Assembly: GCA_964597575.1 (NCBI GenBank)
Contig: CAZQXB010000001.1
Coordinates: 778,892 to 842,891 of the forward strand
Length of the DNA: 64,000 nt
Source of the DNA: an uncultured Gammaproteobacteria bacterium
GTDB lineage: Bacteria; Patescibacteriota; Patescibacteriia; Magasanikbacterales; UBA922
Direction of reading: 5' to 3'
In this document: positions 48,649 to 57,201 of the stretch, piece after piece
Numbering within the stretch: position 1 is the first letter of the stretch
Layout of the letters: each line of letters begins with the position of its first letter
Translations under genes and position numbers: made by a program
The notes under the pieces: generated by a model
Told to the model about the DNA's origin: nothing
The model's database searches: none
Seen by the model: the letters and a program-made list of their open reading frames with translations, nothing else

Positions 48649-51600
48649 TTACCCTTGACGTGAAAGTGAAGTACCAACGACATCATATGAATCTGATGCA
48701 ACGTATGCTTCAGAGTTCACTGAACCGTTAACTGGAGTGTAGTAGTATTCAACTACGCCATTTGCCCAGTTATCTTCGAATTCGTCGGCTGAAGCGTCGT
48801 AGCCAGTAGCGCCGTCAAGTTTCGGTGAAACTGAAACGGTGATCTGACCAACACCACTCGCTTTACCATTGAACATAGCGGTAGTGTCAGCAACCAAGAT
48901 GAGGGTGCGTGAGCTACCAACTGGAATGGTGAAGTTATCGAGAAGGCTGTTCGTGTCATTTGATTGACCGAATACAACGTTCAAAGTGTTACCTGCTGAA
49001 GCATTGACACCGTTTGTGATGCCGATACCACCAGCGAGGCTAGCGGTGCTCGTTGCAGCGATCTGTGTTCCAAGACCACCTGACGAGTTCGCTTCCCAGA
49101 GTTGCCATGTTCCGATCGTACCAGTTGCAGTTCCGTTTGCAGTAAGACCACTTGCAGCCACATTAATGGTTGTAGTAGAAATACGCATTTCACGGTCACC
49201 ACTGTTGGTGATGCTGAACTGGAAGATCTTAGCTTGTGATGACTGTTCCAAAGTTGAACCAATGTTCACCGAAGCGATCACTGGAGCAGTGTTGTGGAAC
49301 AAGTAGAACGATGAAGTAGCAAAACGAACTGAAGTCGTATTTGCACCTGACGTTGTGCTGTCGATCTGAGCTAATCCAAGCTCCCCGCCTGACGCTGCAA
49401 CGATGCGAACATCGTTGGTGTCATTGTTGCTACGAATAGCAAACGCGTTGATGCTTGCAACATCCATGGTACCTGAACCGTTAATTTCACCCTTCAAAAC
49501 AATGTACTTAGTTTCGTCTGCACCAACTGAGTAGTTAAGCCCAGTGAAGCGAACGTAACCTGCACTTGATCCTGGAGTGTAGCTTGCTGAACCGATAGGA
49601 GTTGACATGTTGTTTGAATCGTAGAGATACAACGTGCCAAAGTTTCCTGCTGAAGTATCAGAAGCTAATGTGTCGTCTACAACCTGGAAGGTAAGACGTT
49701 CAATATTAACAGTTTCGTTTTCAGCCTTGATTGACCACTTACCAAGCTGCATCGGAGCAGCACTTGGAGTGCGGATCGATGAGATGGTCGTGCTGTCATT
49801 TGATGCAGCGATAACAACGTTAGCAGCACCAAAGGTAATCGTCTGGCCGGTAACAGCAGTAGCTGTGTCACTGTTGCTGGTCGATTGACCAACGTAGGTA
49901 ACAGCGAAGCTTACTGAAGTCGTACCAGATGAAGTTGATTCAGTGTCTGACCATACTTTGATCACCTTCTGCTCATTCGCAGCGAGTGCGAGTGAGAAGC
50001 TGAAGCTGTTCGATGAAGTAGCAACAGTGCTGAGGGTTGAACCCAAAGCGTTGTTGTTTGCATCACGAAGTTCAAGGTTCTTCAAGTATGTAGGAGCGCT
50101 GAATGCGCCACCGCCATTAAATGAAACGGTTGCGTTTGTAATGCTTACAGCTTCTGCATCACCTGCACGCACAACGAAGCGACCCACTTCGATCTTCGAA
50201 CCTAGGGAAGCTGTGCGGTTACCAAGTGCTGTGTCTTTCGACAAAGTCAAGCTGGTAGTGTCTGCAGTAAGCGTGTTACCTGCAACAACTGACGTAGCGA
50301 GATCGCTGAAGTCATTTGTTGAGAGACGTTTCGCATACAAGTTACCGAACGATACCGTATAGGTAGCAGTTCCAGTAGCTGTTGTTGGGATGTTCCCGAT
50401 AACTTCAACAACTTTCGTTTCGCCTGAAGCAATATTGATATATTGCGAAAGGTTGTACTGAGTTGCGCTGTTATAGAGGCTTGAACCAGCTGAAACGGTA
50501 AGAACCGTAACACCATCAACCACTACGCGAACGTTGCCGGTCAAACCAGCTGCGCCAGCGAATGATGAGGTAGCAACACGAAGTGCTGCTTTGCGGATTT
50601 CAAGATCTTCACCTACGGCCTTGAGGTCGTAGCGAGCAAGAACGCGATCGGTAGCACCAGCTGAAACGCGAGTTGATGGTGAATCATTGCGTTTTGAAAC
50701 TGAAGCTGAACCTGACTTCATCTTGAACCAACCGTCTGATGACGATACAGCCAAGAATGATGCTGGCAACACGTAAAAACCTGTTGAAGCATCTTGAAGC
50801 AAGATGTCGTAATCGTTCTGAACTTGCGCGCGGAAGTAGTTACCTGAACCATCATTGATCTTACCACGGAGTGTAACTACGCGGTTTGAACCTTCTGGAA
50901 TCGTGTAACCATTTGCGATGTTGAATGAAACGTAGCGGTCAGTAATTTGAGTAGCAGTACCAAGAACGGTATTGTCTGGAGCGCGGAGCTCAAGATCAGT
51001 TACGTCACGGTCCTGAAGGCTACCCTGGAAGTACACGCGAATATTCTTCAAGTGTACATCGTTATTACCACTCGTTTCGCTGATGCGGATCTTCAAAAGA
51101 TCTTTTACTTCAGCAATTTCAACGTTCCCTGCGGTTCCGCTTGATGGTTCAGTACCCAACCCACCAACTGACTGACCAGTTAAGGTTACAGTTGAGAGTG
51201 CGTCATCGCCATCAGTTAAACCAAAGGTGTTCCCAATAATTGGAAATGCGCCTGAAACAGTACCGTTTGAGATAATGTCAGAAGCAAGAGCAATATTAGC
51301 ACCAACAGTACCACCAGTTGCGTCGCTTGCTAAGTTCATAGCAACCGTCAAAACTTTTGATGAACCTGCTGGAATTGTTACTGCGTCAACACCGAAGTTG
51401 ATTGTTACTTTATCTTCCGAGTTGAAAGATGACATAACATCACCAAGGCGCATACCATCAACCCAAGCGCTTACGCCTGAGATCTTTGAGTTTGCAACCA
51501 AGCCAGTTTTGCGAACAGTAATACCTGAAACGCGAACTGGAGCGCTGTTTGCCATGAGGTTGATTTTCAAAACCTCATTATACGCAGTGCTGTTTGAGAG

Positions 51601-52434
51601 TGTCGTACCTACTGGGGTATTTGCACTCAAACCAACTGAAAGGGCACCACCGGTTGGGGTAGGACCTGGAGTTGGGTTAGGTGTTGGGTTAGGGTTCACT
51701 GAACCTGAACCAGCACCTTGTGTTGGATCCATGCTGAGGTCAGCACGCATCACGTTTGAACCAGTACCAAACGAGTTGAATGTTGATTGAGGAACGGTCG
51801 CAACATATCCTGAAAGGAATGAAGGAACGCCACCATCAACCATGCGGAGCATTCCGCCTTCAACCATGTATACAGCTGATGATGAAGCGAGTTTCACAAG
51901 CATACCATTTACTGGCATACCAGTGCTGTCACCTGCAACAACGCTGAAGTTCGCCCAGAACGCTGGATGTACATCGTACACTTTGCGGTTCCAGTTGCTG
52001 CCAGCAAGCATTGCTGCTGCGGCTTCGCTTGCGATACGGCGAATTTTGTTTCCAGATTCTACTACGTAAACGGAGTTAGAAGCTTGGAGTTTGACCAAAG
52101 TACCAGGACGGAAGTTTACGCCGTATGGTGCTGCGGTTGGCATGGTGTAGTTATCGAAGCATGATGGATCAATTGTCACCACACCTGAGTAATCTGCGAA
52201 CCATGATTTGTAGACATTTGCATTTGGGAAAAACAACGGTTGTAAATTCTGGTTAAGAATGTAAACCGCTGGATCTCCAGCGACCTTGAACTGACTGCCA
52301 ACCTGAAGGGCTGGGCATTCAACAGCTTGCGCTGCCAAAGGTGCAAGGGCCGCAACTCCCATGCTCCACAAAATAGTGGTAACAACCACTGACATTGTGA
52401 AGCCTTTTTTTACAGCTTTTAAAGCACTATTCAT
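48649..52434 (-). CDS. Large (~1260 aa) S-layer-like surface protein
   Basis: Signal peptide (..AAQA|V), N-terminal CPR-type repeats, NPTP linker, many S/T/G/A/N-rich beta repeats, visibly high-expression codon bias (AAC, TTC, ATC, GGT, GTT), own strong terminator. Confidence 0.75.
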   Translation of the reverse strand: MNSALKAVKKGFTMSVVVTTILWSMGVAALAPLAAQAVECPALQVGSQFKVAGDPAVYILNQNLQPLFFPNANVYKSWFADYSGVVTIDPSCFDNYTMPTAAPYGVNFRPGTLVKLQASNSVYVVESGNKIRRIASEAAAAMLAGSNWNRKVYDVHPAFWANFSVVAGDSTGMPVNGMLVKLASSSAVYMVEGGMLRMVDGGVPSFLSGYVATVPQSTFNSFGTGSNVMRADLSMDPTQGAGSGSVNPNPTPNPTPGPTPTGGALSVGLSANTPVGTTLSNSTAYNEVLKINLMANSAPVRVSGITVRKTGLVANSKISGVSAWVDGMRLGDVMSSFNSEDKVTINFGVDAVTIPAGSSKVLTVAMNLASDATGGTVGANIALASDIISNGTVSGAFPIIGNTFGLTDGDDALSTVTLTGQSVGGLGTEPSSGTAGNVEIAEVKDLLKIRISETSGNNDVHLKNIRVYFQGSLQDRDVTDLELRAPDNTVLGTATQITDRYVSFNIANGYTIPEGSNRVVTLRGKINDGSGNYFRAQVQNDYDILLQDASTGFYVLPASFLAVSSSDGWFKMKSGSASVSKRNDSPSTRVSAGATDRVLARYDLKAVGEDLEIRKAALRVATSSFAGAAGLTGNVRVVVDGVTVLTVSAGSSLYNSATQYNLSQYINIASGETKVVEVIGNIPTTATGTATYTVSFGNLYAKRLSTNDFSDLATSVVAGNTLTADTTSLTLSKDTALGNRTASLGSKIEVGRFVVRAGDAEAVSITNATVSFNGGGAFSAPTYLKNLELRDANNNALGSTLSTVATSSNSFSFSLALAANEQKVIKVWSDTESTSSGTTSVSFAVTYVGQSTSNSDTATAVTGQTITFGAANVVIAASNDSTTISSIRTPSAAPMQLGKWSIKAENETVNIERLTFQVVDDTLASDTSAGNFGTLYLYDSNNMSTPIGSASYTPGSSAGYVRFTGLNYSVGADETKYIVLKGEINGSGTMDVASINAFAIRSNNDTNDVRIVAASGGELGLAQIDSTTSGANTTSVRFATSSFYLFHNTAPVIASVNIGSTLEQSSQAKIFQFSITNSGDREMRISTTTINVAASGLTANGTATGTIGTWQLWEANSSGGLGTQIAATSTASLAGGIGITNGVNASAGNTLNVVFGQSNDTNSLLDNFTIPVGSSRTLILVADTTAMFNGKASGVGQITVSVSPKLDGATGYDASADEFEDNWANGVVEYYYTPVNGSVNSEAYVASDSYDVVGTSLSRQG

Positions 52435-52439
52435 AGGAA

Positions 52440-52680
52440 TAATACGTGCGGCGACGAGCGCGCCTTCTGACAAAGCAGAAAGGTCCCATCGACACAATTT
52501 TATAATATACCCCCATGTGTCACGACTCGTTGCCGAGCCTCGACTTTTTGGTGTCACATGCCTCGCATTCAATCGCAGGCCCGCGGTGAATGAAAGGGTT
52601 TACCAAGTCAGATAATGACCTGGACCATACTGTATGGCATTCGGACGCCTGACCGAGGTCAAGCATACGTAGCCATACAA
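52440..52680 (-). ncRNA. Candidate structured leader RNA of the S-layer-like gene
   Basis: At least five consecutive hairpins; most G-U pairs and a GCAA tetraloop favour the minus strand. Confidence 0.5.
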
Positions 52681-52694
52681 TATGTAGTATTTTC

Positions 52695-54020
52695 TTACCG
52701 CACCACCGGTTGTGGTGACGGGGAAGCCTGTGTTGAGGAACTCGTTGCCGCAGAACCAGTTGGTGCGGGGGCAGTACTTACCGTACCAGTTGCGGTTGAA
52801 GCCGGTGGAACTGGTTGAGGTAACGACGTACTGTACACTTTGAGCGTTATTTCCGGAGTGACTGATGTTTCAATTTCTTTTTTCAAATTGAGTGCAGTTT
52901 GTAGTTTTTCAAGTGCTCCTCGCAAATTTTCTTGACCAAGCAGCACTTTTGCATCAGCCACAGCCTGAGCCGCAGTCTCCACCTTCTCTTGAACTGTTCT
53001 TTCTGGCGCGACTACTGTTGGTATAGTACCTGTTGCTGTAGAAGAAGTTGTTACAACAGCCATAGGAATAGTACTCGTTTCTGTTGACGCACCAGCAGTA
53101 CTTGAAACAGTAGAAGAAGCTGAACTTGGAGTAGACGCCTCAACAACAGGCAGGGTACCAGTAGCCGTAGAGGAAGCTACTGATTGAAGGGCGTTAAATG
53201 TTGATTCTAAACTAACAAGAGCTTTTTCAAGCGTAAGATTTACCGCTTGAGAGGATCCTTCTGAAGGAGTAGGGCCATTTGCAATAATGTGAGCGGCGGT
53301 AACCACAGCATTCACATTTGTTTCTGCAACTAAATTTGCGACAACAGCAACCTCTGTTTTTACGGCCATCGAAAGATCTGTTGATTTTATTTCGGTCGGA
53401 ATATTTGTAACAGAATTTGATAAATCGGTAGCGATCTGAGAAGTTTTTTCTGACACCACACTGAGAAGAGCAGAAGGATCACCTGAAGAAGTTTTTACTT
53501 TTTGAATCTCTTCATTTGTTGATTTAATATTTTCTTTCAAAGAAAGCACGACGGTCTTTGCCTGCTCCTGCTTTTTAACAACATCACTTGGAGAAGTTTG
53601 AATTTTTTTCAACTCCCCTGCTCGCTTCTGTGCATGATTCAAAAGAACTACCACTTTTTCCCCGTTACTGCCAGCAAGAAGCAGTTCCTTTTTTTCATTG
53701 ACTTTTTTAACACTATATAAGAAGTCTCCTGGTAAACTTGATTCTGCGGCTGAAACTGACACACCCCATCCATATATTGCTACACCGAAAATAAGAACGT
53801 AGACGAATGAAGCGCGGGCAATGGTTGCGATTGGACGAGGTAATAAAAACGAAAGAAAGTTTGAGAAATTTTTTGCTCGTGATGGAGATGCTTCCCGACG
53901 AGGGGCTCCCGGAACCTCATTCATCAGGCGCGCCGAAACACGCGACTTCCATTCAGCGCGAGGAGCGAGGGTCGGCAGAGCCGAAAGAGACTTCAATTGT
54001 GACCGAAGGTCACGATTCAT
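52695..54020 (-). CDS. Single-TM putative anti-sigma factor (DUF5667-like domain) with Ser/Thr-rich extracellular tail
   Basis: Overlaps ECF stop; short basic cytoplasmic N-terminus, TM, SLPGDFLYSVK..E motif, AQKRAGEL, S/T-rich tracts. Confidence 0.7.
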   Translation of the reverse strand: MNRDLRSQLKSLSALPTLAPRAEWKSRVSARLMNEVPGAPRREASPSRAKNFSNFLSFLLPRPIATIARASFVYVLIFGVAIYGWGVSVSAAESSLPGDFLYSVKKVNEKKELLLAGSNGEKVVVLLNHAQKRAGELKKIQTSPSDVVKKQEQAKTVVLSLKENIKSTNEEIQKVKTSSGDPSALLSVVSEKTSQIATDLSNSVTNIPTEIKSTDLSMAVKTEVAVVANLVAETNVNAVVTAAHIIANGPTPSEGSSQAVNLTLEKALVSLESTFNALQSVASSTATGTLPVVEASTPSSASSTVSSTAGASTETSTIPMAVVTTSSTATGTIPTVVAPERTVQEKVETAAQAVADAKVLLGQENLRGALEKLQTALNLKKEIETSVTPEITLKVYSTSLPQPVPPASTATGTVSTAPAPTGSAATSSSTQASPSPQPVVR

Positions 54021-54588
54021 ACAAAGGATTCCGAGGTTGGCGTTTAATAACTTCTTCTAATTTTTTCGTGGCGCGATGCAGAGTAACACGGACCGCAGTT
54101 TGCTTCTTTTGCAAGGCTTCGGCAATTTCTTTGACTGACATCTCTTCCACGTAACGAAGAAAAATGACATCTTGATATTCTTGCTTCAACTGCTTTACTG
54201 CCTGAAGAAGCATTTCAGCATCTCCAGATTTTGCAGCCGCTTCGAATGCACTTGGTCGTGAGTCTGGAGTTTCCATAACCACATCAACCGACTCTGTTGG
54301 ATGTTTGGCTCGGCTACGATAGAAATCAATAATCGTACTCCGAGCAATGGTATACATGAATGCGCGGAAATGACGAACTTCTTCACGTTCAGAATTTGTA
54401 AGATACTGCCACGCTTTGGCAAACGTTTCAGCGGCTACATCTTCTGCTTCTTCGCGATGAGCAATTTTTAAAGCCACAAACCGGTAGATAGCCGAGGCAT
54501 ACTTTTGATACAGTATACTAAAGGCATCGCGGTCATGGTGGTGGCGAATGCGAAAAAGAAGAGTCAATTCATTCTGCACACTATCCAT
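54010..54588 (-). CDS. ECF RNA polymerase sigma factor
   Basis: AFSILY..Y...IYRF, AEDVAAETF, FRAFMYTIAR..IIDFYR, LRYVEEMSVKEIAEAL..VRVTLHRA. Confidence 0.93.
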   Translation of the reverse strand: MDSVQNELTLLFRIRHHHDRDAFSILYQKYASAIYRFVALKIAHREEAEDVAAETFAKAWQYLTNSEREEVRHFRAFMYTIARSTIIDFYRSRAKHPTESVDVVMETPDSRPSAFEAAAKSGDAEMLLQAVKQLKQEYQDVIFLRYVEEMSVKEIAEALQKKQTAVRVTLHRATKKLEEVIKRQPRNPLYES

Positions 54589-54595
54589 ACAAGAA

Positions 54596-54621
54596 GACGT
54601 GAGAAAAGGAAAAACGTTACA
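54596..54621 (-). promoter_or_regulatory. Autoregulatory ECF-type promoter
   Basis: TGTAAC (54621-54616)-N16-CGTC (54599-54596), 7 nt before ATG 54588; matches the general AAC/CGT ECF consensus. Confidence 0.75.
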
Positions 54622-54751
54622 CCCAGCACTGTCACAACCAAAAAAGATATCTACGAGTATAGCCAAAAAAGCGGAAAAAAACAAGGCCCACACCCCTTAA
54701 ATACGGTTTTTTGATTACCTTAGTGATACCATTTTGTAAAAAGGATTTTAT

Positions 54752-54851
54752 TTGTGTACACAAGCCTATACAAATAAAAGTATACGCCTTCACAGCGCTC
54801 TTGACAAAACCCTAAAATTATGCTATATATTGTGTAGACTATTGTATACAA
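54752..54851 (+). promoter_or_regulatory. sigma70 promoter flanked by two 22-bp operator-like sites
   Basis: TTGACA 54801-54806, TG-c-TATATA 54821-54829; TTGTGTA-N8-TATACAA at both 54752-54773 and 54830-54851. Confidence 0.7.
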
Positions 54852-54882
54852 AAAAAGCTTACTTTCTCTTTTTTTCCTGCTT

Positions 54883-55212
54883 ATGTCATCCCCTGCTCTT
54901 ACGAGCGCTACCCCCGAAAAGCATCCCGAGGTTGTCCGCGTCTCTATTTCAGAGGCTGCTCGCCTCTTTGGGGTAAACGCTCAAACGATCCGCCGCGCAA
55001 TTAAACAAAATGAGATCACCTATATCGTTGTTGCCGGCCGCTATAAGCTCAACTTTGAAAGTTTGGTGAAATGGTCTCAACAAAAAACAACCATTAAAAA
55101 CAAGCTCAATGAACGCGGGATTGGCCAGTATATTGATCAATGGAAGATTTCAAACACTCTCTACTCCCCAAGCCCAAAATTAGTCACCCCTGAAGAAGAA
55201 ACGCATAGCTAA
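54883..55212 (+). CDS. Small excisionase/MerR-like HTH DNA-binding protein
   Basis: VSISEAARLFGVNAQTIRRAIKQNEI..GRYKL..L.KW (HTH_17-like). Confidence 0.85.
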   Translation: MSSPALTSATPEKHPEVVRVSISEAARLFGVNAQTIRRAIKQNEITYIVVAGRYKLNFESLVKWSQQKTTIKNKLNERGIGQYIDQWKISNTLYSPSPKLVTPEEETHS

Positions 55213-55241
55213 AAAATACCGACCGTGAGGTCGGTATTTTT
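55211..55241. terminator. Bidirectional terminator
   Basis: AAAAATACCGACC-GTGA-GGTCGGTATTTTT between convergent genes. Confidence 0.88.
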
Positions 55242-55254
55242 AATGAAAAATTTC

Positions 55255-57009
55255 TTATTCCGGAAGGACTGCGGTTCCCGCTGCACGACCTTGAAGATCG
55301 TGTGGAAGCGCCGTAGACAAGCCCTTTGTTATTTGCTCCCGCAGCATACGATTTGTAATCGGATCAAAGGCCTCACCTTGGACAGAATCAACCAGCGTAA
55401 CAATCGTCCCCGCCATATCAGATGTTGGGGTAAACACAATTTCAAAAGCAACTTCAACTGTTTGAAACGGCTGAAGAGTACGACCATACCAGGTTATTTT
55501 TTTCTTCGCTTCATCAAAAACAGGAGTGTCGCCGCGTGTCACACTCGTTTGGCCAGTCAGCATAACCGCCCGCGGAAGGCTCACACTCAGTATTGGTTTT
55601 TCGGCCAACCCTCGCCCATTTTTCAAGGTAATAATCACCCAGTATTTCGTTGTCGCATTAACGCGTGGAGGTAGTGCCCCGCGACCCAACTGATCACCCT
55701 CAGAAGTGAAGTAACGAACCTCTGCATCAAGCGCAATACGGGTTCCAAGCATAAGTTGTGGAAGCTCAGCCTCACCCCTTAATTCACTTACTGTATCCCC
55801 GAGCCTTGCTTGCCCAACGACGCGCACCCGAACCACCTCGCTTGTCGCATCAGTACGTACAGGAAGACTCATGTTTTGTACAACCTCTTCACCTTTTCGA
55901 AGCGACACATCGCCAAGCGGTACGCGCACCCCACCGGAAATTCGAGTACTTTTTGTAAGCGTTCGAAGAAGTGCCGCTGTGTCTATCACCGCCTCATCAA
56001 ACAACACATCGACTGCCGAAGCACGGACAGCACCATCTTCAGTATTTTTTATGGTAACCGTAAGAGGAATCTTTTCCCCAGGCGCAGTGCTTGTTATTGC
56101 CCCATTCCACTGACCACGAATTTCAATGGCGGCCTGACTCACCACCCCCGAAGACGCAATCGGCAGCTGTGGCAAAGAAACACCATCAGAAATAATCTCA
56201 GGCGTAAACTGAATTCGATAAGCGCGATCGGAGGTGCGAAATTGCGTCGACATCCACCCCTCAAGTTCTGCCACCTGCCCTGGCAATAGCGACTCTATGC
56301 GCCAACCAAGAGGGGTAATGGTTCCAAGGTCGGCACGAAGATCGTGAAACGTAACTCCTCGCGGAGGCGCGAGTGGCACAAAAACAGTATACCCATTCAC
56401 CCCTCCTTCATGCCGAAGCGAAAACCGAAATGAACCCTGCCCATTCCGTACAACCTGCTCCGGCAAACTGAGATGTCCTCCAATAACACTGTCTCTTCCT
56501 AAGATAGTTGCGTGATTCGCTCCTAAAAACAGGTGAGTATTTTCTTCATAGATATGAACCGCAAAAACCGCTTCTTCACCTAACTGGCTGATGTATACCC
56601 CATCGACGACCAAAGAAAAGGTTGTGGTATTCGTAAAATCGAGCGGAAAGTGAACCGTGCCTGTTGCATATTCTTTTTCAGAAACAGTAATATGAGTAGG
56701 AGAAAAACCTTTCGGCCACTCGACCCTCGCTTCTGCGTGAAGATTTTCGATATCACTCGGGCGAATGATATCTGCTCGAAGGGTAAGCGTGTCTCCGGTT
56801 TTTACCCTTCCTTCTGGGAGATACATAACCACAATGGCGCGCGGGCTTACAGGTGGTGTGTATAAATAGTATCCAAGGGCCGCTGCAGCAAATAAAAGGG
56901 TGCTTGTAAGAAGTGCAAGATCAAAAAAAAACAATTTTCTGGCATGCCGAAATCGCAGAGCATATCGGCGCAGATAGTAATGATGAAGAAACGTAAAAGG
57001 AGATGCCAT
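55255..57009 (-). CDS. Membrane-anchored protein with tandem Ig-like (DUF11-like) domains
   Basis: N-terminal TM, beta-rich repeats, C-terminal RYFTSEGDQLGRGALPPRV..T.YWV. Confidence 0.7.
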   Translation of the reverse strand: MASPFTFLHHYYLRRYALRFRHARKLFFFDLALLTSTLLFAAAALGYYLYTPPVSPRAIVVMYLPEGRVKTGDTLTLRADIIRPSDIENLHAEARVEWPKGFSPTHITVSEKEYATGTVHFPLDFTNTTTFSLVVDGVYISQLGEEAVFAVHIYEENTHLFLGANHATILGRDSVIGGHLSLPEQVVRNGQGSFRFSLRHEGGVNGYTVFVPLAPPRGVTFHDLRADLGTITPLGWRIESLLPGQVAELEGWMSTQFRTSDRAYRIQFTPEIISDGVSLPQLPIASSGVVSQAAIEIRGQWNGAITSTAPGEKIPLTVTIKNTEDGAVRASAVDVLFDEAVIDTAALLRTLTKSTRISGGVRVPLGDVSLRKGEEVVQNMSLPVRTDATSEVVRVRVVGQARLGDTVSELRGEAELPQLMLGTRIALDAEVRYFTSEGDQLGRGALPPRVNATTKYWVIITLKNGRGLAEKPILSVSLPRAVMLTGQTSVTRGDTPVFDEAKKKITWYGRTLQPFQTVEVAFEIVFTPTSDMAGTIVTLVDSVQGEAFDPITNRMLREQITKGLSTALPHDLQGRAAGTAVLPE

Positions 57010-57147
57010 AATAAATACAATCCTCTCTAGTATAGAGATAGAAGAGAGATGTTTCAATATCCCCAACTTCTGCCAAAAAATGATTTTTTATGTTAAATTG
57101 GCCAAAATTAAGCGTATTCAGACAAAAGTTATCCCCTCTTCTCCCCC

Positions 57148-57176
57148 TTGACAAAATCCCTAAAAAAAGCTATAAT
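57148..57176 (+). promoter_or_regulatory. Perfect-consensus sigma70 promoter
   Basis: TTGACA-N17-TATAAT, 25 nt upstream of the GT4 start; TGAGG before ATG. Confidence 0.85.
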
Positions 57177-57201
57177 AAGCCGTTATTATTAAGCGTGAGG
57201 T

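Noticed and set aside
51654-51697. Short tandem repeats (GTTGGGTTAGG)
   Set aside because: Simply encode the NPTPNPTPGPTP linker; not CRISPR or a contingency locus
52435-52694. Known RNAs (c-di-GMP-I riboswitch, SRP, RNase P, tmRNA, T-box)
   Set aside because: Their hallmark sequences were not found by eye; retained only as an unknown structured RNA
54883-55212. Prophage or ICE excisionase
   Set aside because: No integrase, att site or phage genes nearby; flanked by envelope genes
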